Origin: Minisyncoccota bacterium | Lineage (GTDB): Bacteria > Patescibacteriota > Minisyncoccia > Phycocordibacterales > UBA9973 | Direction: 5' to 3' | NCBI GenBank assembly: GCA_028718635.1 | Contig: JAQULK010000001.1 | Span: 543,834 to 607,833, forward strand | DNA length: 64,000 nucleotides | Shown here: one piece after another, positions 1 to 9,741 of the stretch | Layout of the letters: each line of letters begins with the position of its first letter | Numbering within the stretch: position 1 is the stretch's first letter | Program-made: the position numbers and the translations under genes | The notes under the pieces: generated by a model | What the model was told of the DNA's origin: nothing | The model's database searches: none | The model's input: the letters and a program-made list of their open reading frames with translations, nothing else

Positions 1-429
1 ATTCGGACGTCCAACGTCCGTAGATCCACACCATGTGTATTTTGCTTCGCGTTCAATTAAAGATATTCCTAGGGTTTTAGTATCTTTAATCTTTAAATTT
101 ATATTCTTAATTCTTTTAAATTCATTCTGAAGCTCATTTTTAATGGTATTTTGAGGATAAATGAAAATATTAGTTTTCGGGAAAAGCCATATATATTTTC
201 CAGAAATTTTTTTATCTACCGCACTTTTTAATGTTTCTGTATCAAGAACCTTATTACCGACGATATCCACCTCACTAATATTTATATTTTTCAAACGGGA
301 AAGAAAAACAAGCAATATAAAAAACGCTAGAACCACTATCAATAAGATCAAAATCTTATTTAAAAAAACTTTGTGCCTTCTTTTTTTTAATTCTAAGAGG
401 CCCGGAGAATTTAAAACATTTCTTTTCAT
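1..429 (-). CDS. ftsQ: Cell division protein FtsQ/DivIB, N-terminal part; the gene runs off the window start
   Basis: My own reverse-complement translation from the ATG at 429-427 gives MKRNVLNSPGLLELKKRRHKVFLNKILILLIVVLAFFILLVF...VDIVGNKVLDTETLKSAVDKK...GISLIEREAKYTW, a basic N-terminus, a TM anchor and a POTRA-like segment typical of FtsQ. It is missing from the ORF track because no stop lies inside the window. Confidence 0.5.
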   Translation of the reverse strand, partial: MKRNVLNSPGLLELKKRRHKVFLNKILILLIVVLAFFILLVFLSRLKNINISEVDIVGNKVLDTETLKSAVDKKISGKYIWLFPKTNIFIYPQNTIKNELQNEFKRIKNINLKIKDTKTLGISLIEREAKYTWCGSTDVGRPN

Positions 430-499
430 CCCAGTACTAAAATTTTAAATTGTTAATATTAGTGGTCATTTATTCTACTCAAAAATTTAGTACGGGACA
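427..499. repeat. Type-A junction inverted-repeat element (arms CATCCCAGTACTAAAATTTTAAAT / CTCAAAAATTTAGTACGGGAC)
   Basis: It spans from the serS stop to the ftsQ start codon (CAT at 427-429 lies inside the left arm). Near-identical to the copy at 40407-40478. Confidence 0.75.
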
Positions 500-502
500 G
501 GT

Positions 503-1870
503 TTATTTAATGAATTCCCTACCACCCATATATTTGCGCAAAACTTCCGGAATTTTTATCGAACCATCGGCTTGTTGGTAATTTTCTACTATCATTATAA
601 GAGGCCTGCCGGAAAGAGCCGTATTGTTTAATGAATGGACAAATTTCAATTTGCCGTCATTATCGCGATAACGAATATTCAATCTGCGAGTTTGAAAATC
701 ATGGAAATAACTAGCGGAACCGGTTTCTCGGTAGGTATTTTCAGACGGCAACCAAGTTTCAATATCATATTTCTTTACTTGACCCAAGCCCAGATCCCCG
801 GCGCAATTTATAACTACATGATAAGGCAAACCTAAAGCTTCCATGATTTCTTCGGTATTCCGCTCGATCTCCTCATGAAACTTTACTGATTCTTCGTGAG
901 ATGCTTCACAAAGGACAACTTGCTCAAATTTATAAAACTCATGAACTCGAAGGATTCCTTTTGTATCTTTGCCATGACTTCCTGCCTCGCGACGAAATGC
1001 ATCAGAAAATCCAAGCATTTTTATCGGCAAATCTTTTTTTTCTAAAATTTCTCCCATATAATGTCCCATCATTGCGACCTCGGCCGTGCCAGAGAGATAC
1101 TCGCCATCTTGCGTCCTGTATAGATCTTCTTCTCCTTGAGGAAGATAACCAGTGCCTAAAAATACTTCTCGCTTTACTAAAGATGGAACTATCATCGGAA
1201 CAAAACCGTCTTTTTTAGAAAAGAAATCCTGCACAAACTGCCACAAGGCAAATTCTAATAACGCGCCATCACCCTTGAGAAAATATCCGCGAAAGCCGGC
1301 CACTTTTACACCTCGAACAATATCAACCATCCCGAGATTCTCCATGAGCTCAATGTGGTTTTTGGGAGTAAAATCAAATTTAGGAATTTCACCAAAAACT
1401 TTTACTTCTTTGTTTTCTGCGTCTGTTTTCCCTTCCGGTACAGACATATCTGGAACATTCGGCACTTGCACCATTATTTTCTGCCATTCTTCCATAGTAG
1501 TCTTTAATTTCTCTTCTTTAGCCTTGATGTCTTCTTTCACTGCGCGCATTTCCTCAATTAATTGAATTTTGGATGCTGGGTCCTGATCGCGAGATATGTC
1601 ATTCGAAACTCTATTTACTTCACTACGAAGTTCTTCCACTTCTTTGAGTTCTTTTAATCGGGTATCATCAAGCGCAATCAAAGCATCAATATCTATCTCA
1701 ATATTTTTTTTCTTCGCCCCCGCCTGCACGATATCTTTGTTTTCGCGAATAAATTTGATGTCTAGCATATTTTTATTATACACAAAAGTTGTTATAATGA
1801 AAAGCGCATAAATGATTTTAAGGAAACGTGTGGGTTCCCTGTCCTTTTGACTCCGAGGGCGCAGTTTCAA
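503..1870 (-). CDS. serS: Seryl-tRNA synthetase
   Basis: 455 aa with an N-terminal coiled-coil arm and a class II core (FRREAGSHGKDTKGILRVHEF, GSASYFHDFQTRRLNIRY) typical of SerRS. Confidence 0.9.
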   Translation of the reverse strand: MKLRPRSQKDREPTRFLKIIYALFIITTFVYNKNMLDIKFIRENKDIVQAGAKKKNIEIDIDALIALDDTRLKELKEVEELRSEVNRVSNDISRDQDPASKIQLIEEMRAVKEDIKAKEEKLKTTMEEWQKIMVQVPNVPDMSVPEGKTDAENKEVKVFGEIPKFDFTPKNHIELMENLGMVDIVRGVKVAGFRGYFLKGDGALLEFALWQFVQDFFSKKDGFVPMIVPSLVKREVFLGTGYLPQGEEDLYRTQDGEYLSGTAEVAMMGHYMGEILEKKDLPIKMLGFSDAFRREAGSHGKDTKGILRVHEFYKFEQVVLCEASHEESVKFHEEIERNTEEIMEALGLPYHVVINCAGDLGLGQVKKYDIETWLPSENTYRETGSASYFHDFQTRRLNIRYRDNDGKLKFVHSLNNTALSGRPLIMIVENYQQADGSIKIPEVLRKYMGGREFIK

Positions 1871-1896
1871 AAAATTATTTATGCGCTTTTCATTTC

Positions 1897-2757
1897 ATGC
1901 AAATTAAAAAACTGACAAAAAACAAATTTCCAAAAGCATTATTAGAAATTCCCCAACCGCCGGAAAATCTTTGGGTTATGGGGGAAATGCCCTCTCCTAA
2001 TTTAATACACCTCTGTGTAGTAGGCTCAAGAAAATTCACATCTTATGGGCGCGAATCCTGCGAAAAAATAATAGCAGGATTAAAAGGCTATCCGATAGTA
2101 ATCGTTTCTGGCTTTGCTATGGGTATAGACACCATAGCTCACAAAAAAGCGATGCAGGTAGGGCTCAAAACCTTAGTCTTCCCTGGTTCAGGATTATCGG
2201 ATGAAGCAATATATCCAAAAACAAATGTAAGACTCATAAGAGAAGTTATTGAAAACGGCGGATGCTTAATTTCGGAATTCGAACCTGACTTCAAGGCGAC
2301 GCAATGGAGCTTTCCGATGAGAAATAGGCTAATGGCTGGTATTTCAAAAGCAGTACTCATCATAGAAGCAGAAGAAAAATCAGGAACACTTATCACTGCA
2401 CGACTCACTACAGAGTACAATAGAGATTTATTGGTGGTGCCTGGTTCGATTTTTTCTCCAAACTCAAAGGGAGTAAATAAATTATTGCATCAAGGCGCGA
2501 CTCCCGTCACTTGCTCTGAAGATGTCCTTGAAGCGTTAGGCTTTGAGCTTCCTAAAGACAAAGAAAAACAGGCTAAATTGTTTTTAGACTTATCACCTGA
2601 TGAGAAAAAAGTCATCGATCTTTTACGCGAACCGATGCCTCGTGATGAATTGATCCGCTCTTTAAAAATGCCGACACCACATGCCAACGCACTGCTATCG
2701 GTGATGGAAATAAAAGGATTGATAAAAGAAGAAATAGGTGAAATAAGATTGGCCTAA
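1897..2757 (+). CDS. dprA: DNA processing protein DprA/Smf
   Basis: Rossmann-like DprA core VVGSRKFTSYGRESCEKIIAGLKGYPIVIVSGFAMGIDTIAHKKAMQVG. The start is trimmed to the internal Met (MQIKKL) so it does not overlap the divergent serS start. Confidence 0.8.
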   Translation: MQIKKLTKNKFPKALLEIPQPPENLWVMGEMPSPNLIHLCVVGSRKFTSYGRESCEKIIAGLKGYPIVIVSGFAMGIDTIAHKKAMQVGLKTLVFPGSGLSDEAIYPKTNVRLIREVIENGGCLISEFEPDFKATQWSFPMRNRLMAGISKAVLIIEAEEKSGTLITARLTTEYNRDLLVVPGSIFSPNSKGVNKLLHQGATPVTCSEDVLEALGFELPKDKEKQAKLFLDLSPDEKKVIDLLREPMPRDELIRSLKMPTPHANALLSVMEIKGLIKEEIGEIRLA

Positions 2758-2763
2758 TGTTTT

Positions 2764-3654
2764 CTATTTAATTTTTTTTCCATATTCATATGTGTGATTT
2801 TTATCAGCAGAAATATATTTTGAAATTAAATAAAATGTACTTGGATCAGCATCGGTTATTATTCCACTTTGTTCCCTTATTTCAAAGGCATTATTATAAA
2901 CATGATTTTTATCCTTGAAATAACATTCGGGTAATTTGGTAAATGTTTGAACATCAGCAACTTCTATTTTCTTACCACGATAATAGACACCACTCTTATC
3001 TTTATAAAAATCACATTCCAAAGATATAAAAGTTGCGGAATCAGCTCCCTTTAGTACCACTGCCGATTGAGGAATAGTGCCCTTAATATTACGAACAAGC
3101 TCCCCTCCAAAATAATAAACATTATGATTATCTTTAGCATAATGTTCACCTATAAACAAAAATGTTTTTGGGTCAGCACCATCAATAATATTTAATGCAC
3201 CTTCTCCTAAATTATCAACTCCTGCCATATACACATTTTTATTATCTTTTGAGTACAACCATGGGTTTATATCATTGACACCCATATTTTCAATTATTTT
3301 GAAAGATGTCGCATCAATCCCATTAAGTTTTTTTCCAAAATAAAAAACGGTTTTTTCATCCTTAGAATAAGGACTACCACTTATTATCTCAAAATGTATT
3401 GGATCAACGTCTATCTTTTTAACCAGCGGAATAAACTCAAAACACAGCAATGATCTACATCCTCCTCCTATTAAATAATCCTCATTACTATGGTAATATA
3501 TCGAAGAAAATCCTTTGTAATAATACTCACTAATGCTAATGCTCGAATCTATTTTTTCTTTCCCAAAGGAAGTTCTATTAATTAGAAACCATACACTAAA
3601 TGCTAAAAATACAATTACTATTAGTAAAACAGGAGTTCTAAGTATTTTTTTCAT
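2764..3654 (-). CDS. Secreted/membrane-anchored DKNYY-repeat protein
   Basis: N-terminal TM/signal segment (VLLIVIVFLAFSVWFLI). About 7 repeats of the motif Y(Y/F)xKDKNxVYY/GKK (DKNHVY, DNKNVY, DNHNVYYFGG, DKSGVYYRGKK, DKNHTYEYGKK), as in the DKNYY repeat family. Confidence 0.55.
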   Translation of the reverse strand: MKKILRTPVLLIVIVFLAFSVWFLINRTSFGKEKIDSSISISEYYYKGFSSIYYHSNEDYLIGGGCRSLLCFEFIPLVKKIDVDPIHFEIISGSPYSKDEKTVFYFGKKLNGIDATSFKIIENMGVNDINPWLYSKDNKNVYMAGVDNLGEGALNIIDGADPKTFLFIGEHYAKDNHNVYYFGGELVRNIKGTIPQSAVVLKGADSATFISLECDFYKDKSGVYYRGKKIEVADVQTFTKLPECYFKDKNHVYNNAFEIREQSGIITDADPSTFYLISKYISADKNHTYEYGKKIK

Positions 3655-3732
3655 AAATTTCTTTATTCATTGTCACATTAATCTAATCCTAGTTTCTTCA
3701 ATGATTTAGCATCTCAAATACTAAGTTATTTT

Positions 3733-3996
3733 TTAGAATTTCTTTCCCGAGTTAAATTCTATTTTCTCAACTCGCACAGTTAAATTTTCAATTCTTCTAT
3801 CGTAAGCAACATGATCGGTATATAAAGTAGAAATATTATCTCTAAAAGATTTACTGTCTTCGTGTATCGCTTTAATTTCTTTTAACATTATCTGCAAAAC
3901 ATCTTCTTGTCTTTTTAGATCCTTCTTTGTAGCCATTTTTTTCTCTAAACTTTCAAAACTATTATTCATCATAATAGCTAATTTATCTATTGTCAT
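3733..3996 (-). CDS. Small coiled-coil hypothetical protein
   Basis: ORF with a strong SD (AAGGTGGAAAAATG) before the internal Met (MTIDKLAIMM). No recognisable domain. Confidence 0.3.
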   Translation of the reverse strand: MTIDKLAIMMNNSFESLEKKMATKKDLKRQEDVLQIMLKEIKAIHEDSKSFRDNISTLYTDHVAYDRRIENLTVRVEKIEFNSGKKF

Positions 3997-4097
3997 TTTT
4001 CCACCTTTTTTAATCATTACTCAAGTATACCAATAACAAGATATTCGAGTCAAATTAAATTAATTTTTATATATTTTGAGTAAAAAATGAAACAAAA

Positions 4098-4137
4098 TTT
4101 GCAAAAAAAATATGTTTCGTGTAATACTTGGTGAGTT
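4098..4137 (+). promoter_or_regulatory. Candidate sigma70-like promoter for topA (TTGCAA-N18-TAATAC) followed by a GGTGAG SD
   Basis: Hexamer pattern read directly upstream of the topA ATG. Weak evidence only. Confidence 0.25.
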
Positions 4138-6417
4138 ATGAAATTATTAATTGTGGAATCACCATCAAAAGCAAAAACTATTGAGAAATATCTCGAAGGT
4201 GCCTTTACTGTGCGCGCGTCTGTCGGACATATTCGCGATTTGCCTAAATCAAACAAACAAGCCATAGACATCGAAGGCGGTTTTATTCCGCATTATGAAA
4301 TTTCAAAAGGTAAAGAAAAGATTGTGCATGAACTCCAAGGACTGGCAGAAAAAGCAAATGAAATACTTCTCGCGACAGACCCCGACCGTGAAGGAGAAGC
4401 CATCGCTTGGCACATAGAAACACTCCTTAATCAAGACCCCGAAGGAAAGAGTACTTCCTACGGGGCAAGTAAAAAAGTAAAAACTCCTATAAAAAGAGTA
4501 AGGTTTTACGAGATAACAAAAGATGCGGTACAAGAAGCTATAAAAAACCCAAGTGATATCGATCTGAAACTCGTTAAAGCTCAAGAAGCGCGCCGGGTGC
4601 TCGACAGGTTGGTAGGATATGATTTAAGCGGACTCATATGGAAAAAAGTGAGATACGGACTTTCTGCTGGCCGTGTCCAATCCCCTGCGCTTCGCATAAT
4701 AATGGAACGAGAACGCGAAATTCTAGCTTTTGTTCCTGAAAAATATTGGAAAATATTTGGATTATTTGAAACACCCAAAAAAGAGAAAATAACTCTAACT
4801 TGTTCCAAAGAGCCTCGAGAAGAAAAATTATTTGAAAAAATAATGACTGAAGGTAGAAAAGGTACTTGGATGGTAAAAGGAGTAAAAGAATCTGAGCAAA
4901 AACGTTCTCCTCGAGCGCCCTTTACCACTTCAACACTCCAGCAGACTGCCTCTTCGCGGCTTGGGTATTCCCCTTCGCGCACAATGCAAATAGCGCAAAA
5001 ACTTTATGAAGCAGGGCACATCACCTATATGCGAACAGACAGCACCAACCTTTCTGGTACTGCTCAAGCTCAAATAATATCATTTGTAAAAAAGGAATAT
5101 GGCAATAACTATGCGGAGGCACACACTTATAAGACAAAATCAAAAAATGCCCAGGAGGCGCATGAGGCTATCCGCCCTACACATATAGAGAAACTGTCTG
5201 CTGGGACAGATGACCAAAGCAAATTATACCGACTTATTTGGGAGCGCGCGGTTTCTTCACAAATGGCAGATGCCAAATTACTTAAAACTAAAATTACTGC
5301 AAATATAAATTCGGACGTTGGACGTCCGGTTTCCGGACGTCCAACGTCCGAATTACCCGATTTCACAGCGGTTGGCTCTCGTTTGCTTTTCCCCGGATGG
5401 CTAAGAGTCGACACTGGAGCGCGCGGTGAAGATGTGGAATTGCCTTTATGCAAAGAGGATGAAATTCTAAAACTTCTAGAACTAAAAGGAGAAGAAAAAT
5501 TTACCGAACCGCCTGGTAGATATTCTGAAGCGGGATTGATTAAAGAACTTGAGGCGAGAGGCATCGGCAGGCCTTCTACTTATGCATCAATAATGAGAAC
5601 CATCGAAACTAGAGGATATGTAAAAAAAGAAGGCAAAACGCTCTTTCCTACTGATGTCGGCGAAGTAGTATCGGATTTTTTAGAAAAACATTTTGCCAAT
5701 TATATCTCTGACACATTCACTGCTGAGATGGAGGACGAATTGGACGAAATATCCCGAGGCGAACGCGAATATGAAAAAACATTGAAAGATTTTTATATTC
5801 CTTTTTTGAAAGAAGTTAAATCAAAAGAAAAATTAGAAAAAGCAACCAACTTGGGCAATGCTCCGGAAAACATAAAATGCCCGAAATGCGGAGAGCCTAT
5901 GATTGTCAAGCTTTCACGCGGAGGAAAATTTTATTCTTGCTCGAAATATCCCGATTGCGAGGGAGCATTAATGCTCGACGGTACAGAATTAAAAGGTCCG
6001 GAAGAAACCGGTGAAATATGTCCTGAATGCGGAAACAAGAAAGGCAAATCCGGTGGAGGAAAATTGATAGTCAAACAAAGGCGCGATGGCACAGGCACAT
6101 TTATCTCCTGCTCGCGTTATCCTAAATGCAAATTTATCAAAAAAGATGAAGCTGAAGAAGCCAAAAAACGCACCGGTGTCATCTGTCCTGTTTGCAAAAA
6201 GGGAGATATCTCAGAGAGACGCGGACGTTTTGGAATATTTTATTCTTGTTCAAACTATCCTGATTGTAAATTCGCCATAAAGGCAAAACCTACCGGCAAC
6301 ATATGCAAGGAATGCGGAAGCTTGATGATGGAAGGCACAAAAACAATTCCTGAAAGATGTTCAAATAAAGCATGTAAAATACATAATCCTCATAAAATAC
6401 CCAAGATTGAAGCTTGA
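4138..6417 (+). CDS. topA: DNA topoisomerase I with four C-terminal C4 zinc ribbons
   Basis: 759 aa with a TOPRIM N-terminus (LLIVESPSKAKTIEKYLEG, ATDPDREGEAIAWH), active-site region (ITYMRTDST) and repeated C-terminal CPxCG...CxxYPxC zinc ribbons. A 43-nt palindrome is inserted in-frame at 5310-5352. Confidence 0.9.
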   Translation: MKLLIVESPSKAKTIEKYLEGAFTVRASVGHIRDLPKSNKQAIDIEGGFIPHYEISKGKEKIVHELQGLAEKANEILLATDPDREGEAIAWHIETLLNQDPEGKSTSYGASKKVKTPIKRVRFYEITKDAVQEAIKNPSDIDLKLVKAQEARRVLDRLVGYDLSGLIWKKVRYGLSAGRVQSPALRIIMEREREILAFVPEKYWKIFGLFETPKKEKITLTCSKEPREEKLFEKIMTEGRKGTWMVKGVKESEQKRSPRAPFTTSTLQQTASSRLGYSPSRTMQIAQKLYEAGHITYMRTDSTNLSGTAQAQIISFVKKEYGNNYAEAHTYKTKSKNAQEAHEAIRPTHIEKLSAGTDDQSKLYRLIWERAVSSQMADAKLLKTKITANINSDVGRPVSGRPTSELPDFTAVGSRLLFPGWLRVDTGARGEDVELPLCKEDEILKLLELKGEEKFTEPPGRYSEAGLIKELEARGIGRPSTYASIMRTIETRGYVKKEGKTLFPTDVGEVVSDFLEKHFANYISDTFTAEMEDELDEISRGEREYEKTLKDFYIPFLKEVKSKEKLEKATNLGNAPENIKCPKCGEPMIVKLSRGGKFYSCSKYPDCEGALMLDGTELKGPEETGEICPECGNKKGKSGGGKLIVKQRRDGTGTFISCSRYPKCKFIKKDEAEEAKKRTGVICPVCKKGDISERRGRFGIFYSCSNYPDCKFAIKAKPTGNICKECGSLMMEGTKTIPERCSNKACKIHNPHKIPKIEA
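5310..5352. repeat. 43-nt perfect palindrome TTCGGACGTTGGACGTCCGG-TTT-CCGGACGTCCAACGTCCGAA inserted in-frame in topA
   Basis: 20-bp arms with a 3-nt loop. It encodes SDVGRPVSGRPTSE in topA, and the antisense strand would read the same peptide motif. Confidence 0.85.
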
Positions 6418-6459
6418 AATAATATTTTCTAACTTTCACAAAGGTGCTATACTTTTAAG

Positions 6460-7941
6460 ATGGAAAATACAGTAGGAGATGTAAGAGAAATCATTGATCT
6501 CGTACAAGGAAAAATAAATAAAGAAGAGGAGGAACTTTTGCGCAAAGCCTATGATTTTGCGAAAAAAGCTCATGCGGGACAAAAAAGAATGAGCGGAGAA
6601 CCTTATTTTATTCATCCTTTTGAGACTGCAAAAATTTTAACTGGTCTTGGAATGGATATTCAAATCATCGTTGCTGGATTATTGCATGATGTATTAGAAG
6701 ATACTTCTATAACAGAAGATGCAATACAAAAAAATTTTGGTGATGATATTTTATTTTTAATCAAAGGTGTAACGAAATTAGGAACCTTAAAATACAGAGG
6801 ACATGAAAGGCATGTGGAATCTCTGCGTAAATTTTTTGTGGCGATAGCAAGCGATCTACGAGTAGTTATTATTAAATTTGCCGATAGATTGCACAACCTG
6901 CGCACTCTCGAATATGTGCGAGAAGATAAAAGAGCTCGAATAGCCATAGAATCTATCGAAGTTTACGCTCCCCTCGCAAACAGGCTCGGAATGGGAAAGC
7001 TCAAAGGCGAACTAGAGGATGCCGCTTTCCCATATGCTTTTCCAAAGGAGTACAAAGAGACAGAAGAAATATTTAAAGAAAAAAAAGGTCTTTATGAAAA
7101 AAACTTAAAAGAAGTGAATGAAAAATTACAAAAAGAATTAGAAAAAAACAAAATAAAATTTATAGAGATTGATTATCGGATAAAACACTTATACAGCTTA
7201 TATAAAAAACTTTTAAAATATGATATGGACATAGATAAGATCTATGACATCGTGGCGTTACGTGTGGTAGTTAATACTGTTGCAGATTGTTACCGAGTCT
7301 TGGGATTAATCCATTCTGTTTGGAATCCACTACCAGGAAGAATTAAAGATTTTATTTCTATTCCAAAACCAAACGGTTATCGTTCAATTCACACAACTGT
7401 TTTTACTGGTTTAGGAGGAGTAGCAGAAATTCAAATAAGGACAAAAGAAATGCATACTGAAGCAGCTTATGGTGTCGCTGCCCACTTTGTTTATAAAGAA
7501 AAAGGTGAAAATAAAATTAAAGGAAATAAAGAAAAATTTAAATGGATCGAAGAACTAAAAGAACTTAATTATTCTCCTGATGATCCAATAAAATTTATTG
7601 ACCATCTTAAGATGGATTTCTTTAATGATCGTATTTTTATCTTCACGCCTAAAGGGGATGTTATTGATTTGCCAGAAGATTCAAGCCCGATAGATTTTGC
7701 CTATTCGATACACACTGATATTGGAAATCATATTTTTGGAGCTAAAATAAACGGCAAAATGTCTCAAATTTTTACCAAATTAAGAAATGGAGATATTGTT
7801 GAAATAATAACCAAAAAAGATTCTAAACCTTCAGGCAAATGGCTGGAATATACTAAGACTTCCATTGCAAAGAAAAATATAAAATCCTATCTTGAAAAAA
7901 ATAGTCTTCTTTCTAAGCTCATGTCCTTCGGCCGTAGTTAA
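6460..7941 (+). CDS. Small RelA/SpoT homolog (HD hydrolase + (p)ppGpp synthetase + TGS domains)
   Basis: HD motif (LLHDVLEDT), synthetase motifs (GRIKDFISIPKPNGYRSIHTTV) and a TGS-like segment (FIFTPKGDVIDLPEDSSPIDFAYSIHTDIG). 493 aa, no ACT domain. Confidence 0.8.
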   Translation: MENTVGDVREIIDLVQGKINKEEEELLRKAYDFAKKAHAGQKRMSGEPYFIHPFETAKILTGLGMDIQIIVAGLLHDVLEDTSITEDAIQKNFGDDILFLIKGVTKLGTLKYRGHERHVESLRKFFVAIASDLRVVIIKFADRLHNLRTLEYVREDKRARIAIESIEVYAPLANRLGMGKLKGELEDAAFPYAFPKEYKETEEIFKEKKGLYEKNLKEVNEKLQKELEKNKIKFIEIDYRIKHLYSLYKKLLKYDMDIDKIYDIVALRVVVNTVADCYRVLGLIHSVWNPLPGRIKDFISIPKPNGYRSIHTTVFTGLGGVAEIQIRTKEMHTEAAYGVAAHFVYKEKGENKIKGNKEKFKWIEELKELNYSPDDPIKFIDHLKMDFFNDRIFIFTPKGDVIDLPEDSSPIDFAYSIHTDIGNHIFGAKINGKMSQIFTKLRNGDIVEIITKKDSKPSGKWLEYTKTSIAKKNIKSYLEKNSLLSKLMSFGRS

Positions 7942-7970
7942 CGTCCTACAGGCGAGGCCTTCGGACGTTC

Positions 7971-8966
7971 CTAGACGCTAAAATTAGAAATATTGTATAA
8001 ATCTGTCTCGTCCTTTTCTGCTTCTTCTTTTGATCTATCGTCTAGTGGTGTCTCAGCGGTTGAACCGTTAGGTTCCAGCGGTTGAACCGCTGTATTTTCA
8101 ATATGCTTTTCAAGCATATCACCTGGTTTTTTTTCAACTTCTCCTTTACGAATCAAGTCTAAAATTATTCGCAAATCTTCAGTAGAAAAAAAGTCAATTT
8201 TAATTTGCCCGCCCAATTCCTTCCTATCTATGTGTACTCGGGTACCTAATTTTTCCTGAAATTCTTCTTCTAATTCCGTAATTTCCGGGTCAGGCATAAA
8301 TTCTTTTTTTCGCACGCGATCATAAGCTATTTTCCTAGCCAGTCTTTCTGCCTCGCGCACCGTGATTTTTTTGTAAACAATTTCCTTAAATAAAACCAAT
8401 TGTTCCTCTGGATGATCTGCGAGCATTAAGAGTGGGCGAGTGTGACCATCGGAAATTTTTCCTTCAGATAAACCATGCAAAATTTCTTCTGGTAAAGTTA
8501 AAATACGCAAAGAATTGGAGACATATTCTCTGCTTTTACCCATCTTTTTAGCGACTTCATTGTGGGTAAATTTAAACTCAGTGACTAAACGAAAAAAAGC
8601 TCGAGCCCTATCAACGACATTTAAATCTTCACGCTGTAAATTTTCAATGATAGCAAGCTCAAGCTTCATCAAGGTCGTATCCCCTGTGCGAATCACTACA
8701 GGGACTTGCGATACCATAGCCATTTTGGCAGCTCGAAGCCTGCGCTCTCCAGCAATCAATTCATATTCAGTTACTAGTCCATCCCCGCCTTCTTTTTCCA
8801 CTTCAACTCGAGAAACTATAAGTGGCTGAAGAACCCCGTACTGTTTTATTGAATCAGCTAAATCAGCTAATCTAGCTTCATCAAAATCTCGCCTTGGTTG
8901 AAAAGGATTTGGTTTTATTTTATCGGTGTCAATCCAAAAAATTGAATTGGAATATAAGTTAGACAT
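7971..8966 (-). CDS. parB: ParB/Spo0J-like partition protein
   Basis: ParB box LQPLIVSRV...YELIAGERRLRAAKMA, HTH and C-terminal dimerisation region, with an acidic C-terminal extension. Confidence 0.8.
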   Translation of the reverse strand: MSNLYSNSIFWIDTDKIKPNPFQPRRDFDEARLADLADSIKQYGVLQPLIVSRVEVEKEGGDGLVTEYELIAGERRLRAAKMAMVSQVPVVIRTGDTTLMKLELAIIENLQREDLNVVDRARAFFRLVTEFKFTHNEVAKKMGKSREYVSNSLRILTLPEEILHGLSEGKISDGHTRPLLMLADHPEEQLVLFKEIVYKKITVREAERLARKIAYDRVRKKEFMPDPEITELEEEFQEKLGTRVHIDRKELGGQIKIDFFSTEDLRIILDLIRKGEVEKKPGDMLEKHIENTAVQPLEPNGSTAETPLDDRSKEEAEKDETDLYNISNFSV

Positions 8967-9147
8967 GAATTGATTTTAGCATGTTTTAGAAAATATAAAA
9001 AATTTATATAATCTTACAACTGATTTAGGGCAGATGTAAAATTGATTATTGTTGGAAAGAAATTAAATTGAGGGCCGTGCTCTTGGTTTAGACCTTCTTT
9101 TGGCAATACTTGTCATGCTCAATCCAAAATAAGGAAGGAGCATAAAA

Positions 9148-9537
9148 ATGAGAGACACGAATGATGAGAGGATTAGCAAAGCAGTATCGACCTTCGATCA
9201 CATCCTTTGGGAAAGTATTCTTAGGGCGTGTGGAATGGCAACTTCTAAAGCTTTCCAGCAAACAGGTCGTTCGGCGCGGGTAGTTTATTCAATCCCAGAC
9301 TTGGATCCCAACAGTGCTATTTACTCCGAAGGCATAGCCCAAGAAGTAAAGAGTTTTCTGATGTACAATCGACGCGTAAAGAAAATTGGTAAAAGATTGT
9401 ACAAACTCGATGAAGCTCTTAAATTATGTACTCATGAAAGTTATCGAATATTTTTGAAAAGAATATTCGGCGAACAACAAGAAAAAGAACTAGATTTCGT
9501 TCAGAAGCGAATCTACGAATTTCGTTTTCATGTTTGA
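9148..9537 (+). CDS. Hypothetical protein (129 aa) in a GC-richer islet with its own SD and terminator
   Basis: Strong SD AAGGAAGGAG 6 nt before the ATG, a terminator hairpin immediately downstream, and codon usage more GC-rich than the neighbours. No recognisable domain. Confidence 0.45.
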   Translation: MRDTNDERISKAVSTFDHILWESILRACGMATSKAFQQTGRSARVVYSIPDLDPNSAIYSEGIAQEVKSFLMYNRRVKKIGKRLYKLDEALKLCTHESYRIFLKRIFGEQQEKELDFVQKRIYEFRFHV

Positions 9538-9545
9538 TTGATATC

Positions 9546-9593
9546 ATAGACAGGCCATGGGGATTTAATCCTATCGCCTGTCTATTTTTTTTG
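9546..9593 (+). terminator. Rho-independent terminator (ATAGACAGGC...GCCTGTCTAT + T8)
   Basis: Perfect 10-bp stem followed by TTTTTTTT, read directly from the sequence. Confidence 0.7.
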
Positions 9594-9646
9594 TAGGATA
9601 ACGTTATTTTTCTATAAATTGATTTAAAATTAAAAATAAAGTATTA

Positions 9647-9731
9647 TTTTAATGTTGCCGGGGTGGCGAAATTGGTAACCGCAATTGACTCAAAATCAAT
9701 CGGGGGCGACCCCTTGGGAGTTCGAGTCTCC
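9647..9731 (+). tRNA. tRNA-Leu(CAA), class II with a long variable arm
   Basis: Folded by hand: acceptor GCCGGGG/CCCCGGC, D-arm GCG/CGC, anticodon stem ATTGA/TCAAT with loop CTCAAAA (anticodon CAA), variable arm GGGG-GCGA-CCCC, T-arm GGGAG-TTCGAGT-CTCCC, discriminator A, no encoded CCA. Confidence 0.8.
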
Positions 9732-9741
9732 CCCCCGGCAC

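Noticed and set aside
161-448. Plus-strand ORF of 95 aa at the window start
   Set aside because: It lies antisense to a much better-supported partial ftsQ on the minus strand (POTRA-like translation). Its product is low-complexity and AT-codon driven.
4581-5564. Minus-strand ORFs of 133 and 145 aa inside topA
   Set aside because: They lie antisense to topA. The 145-aa one is kept open partly by the palindromic insert, which reads similarly on both strands.
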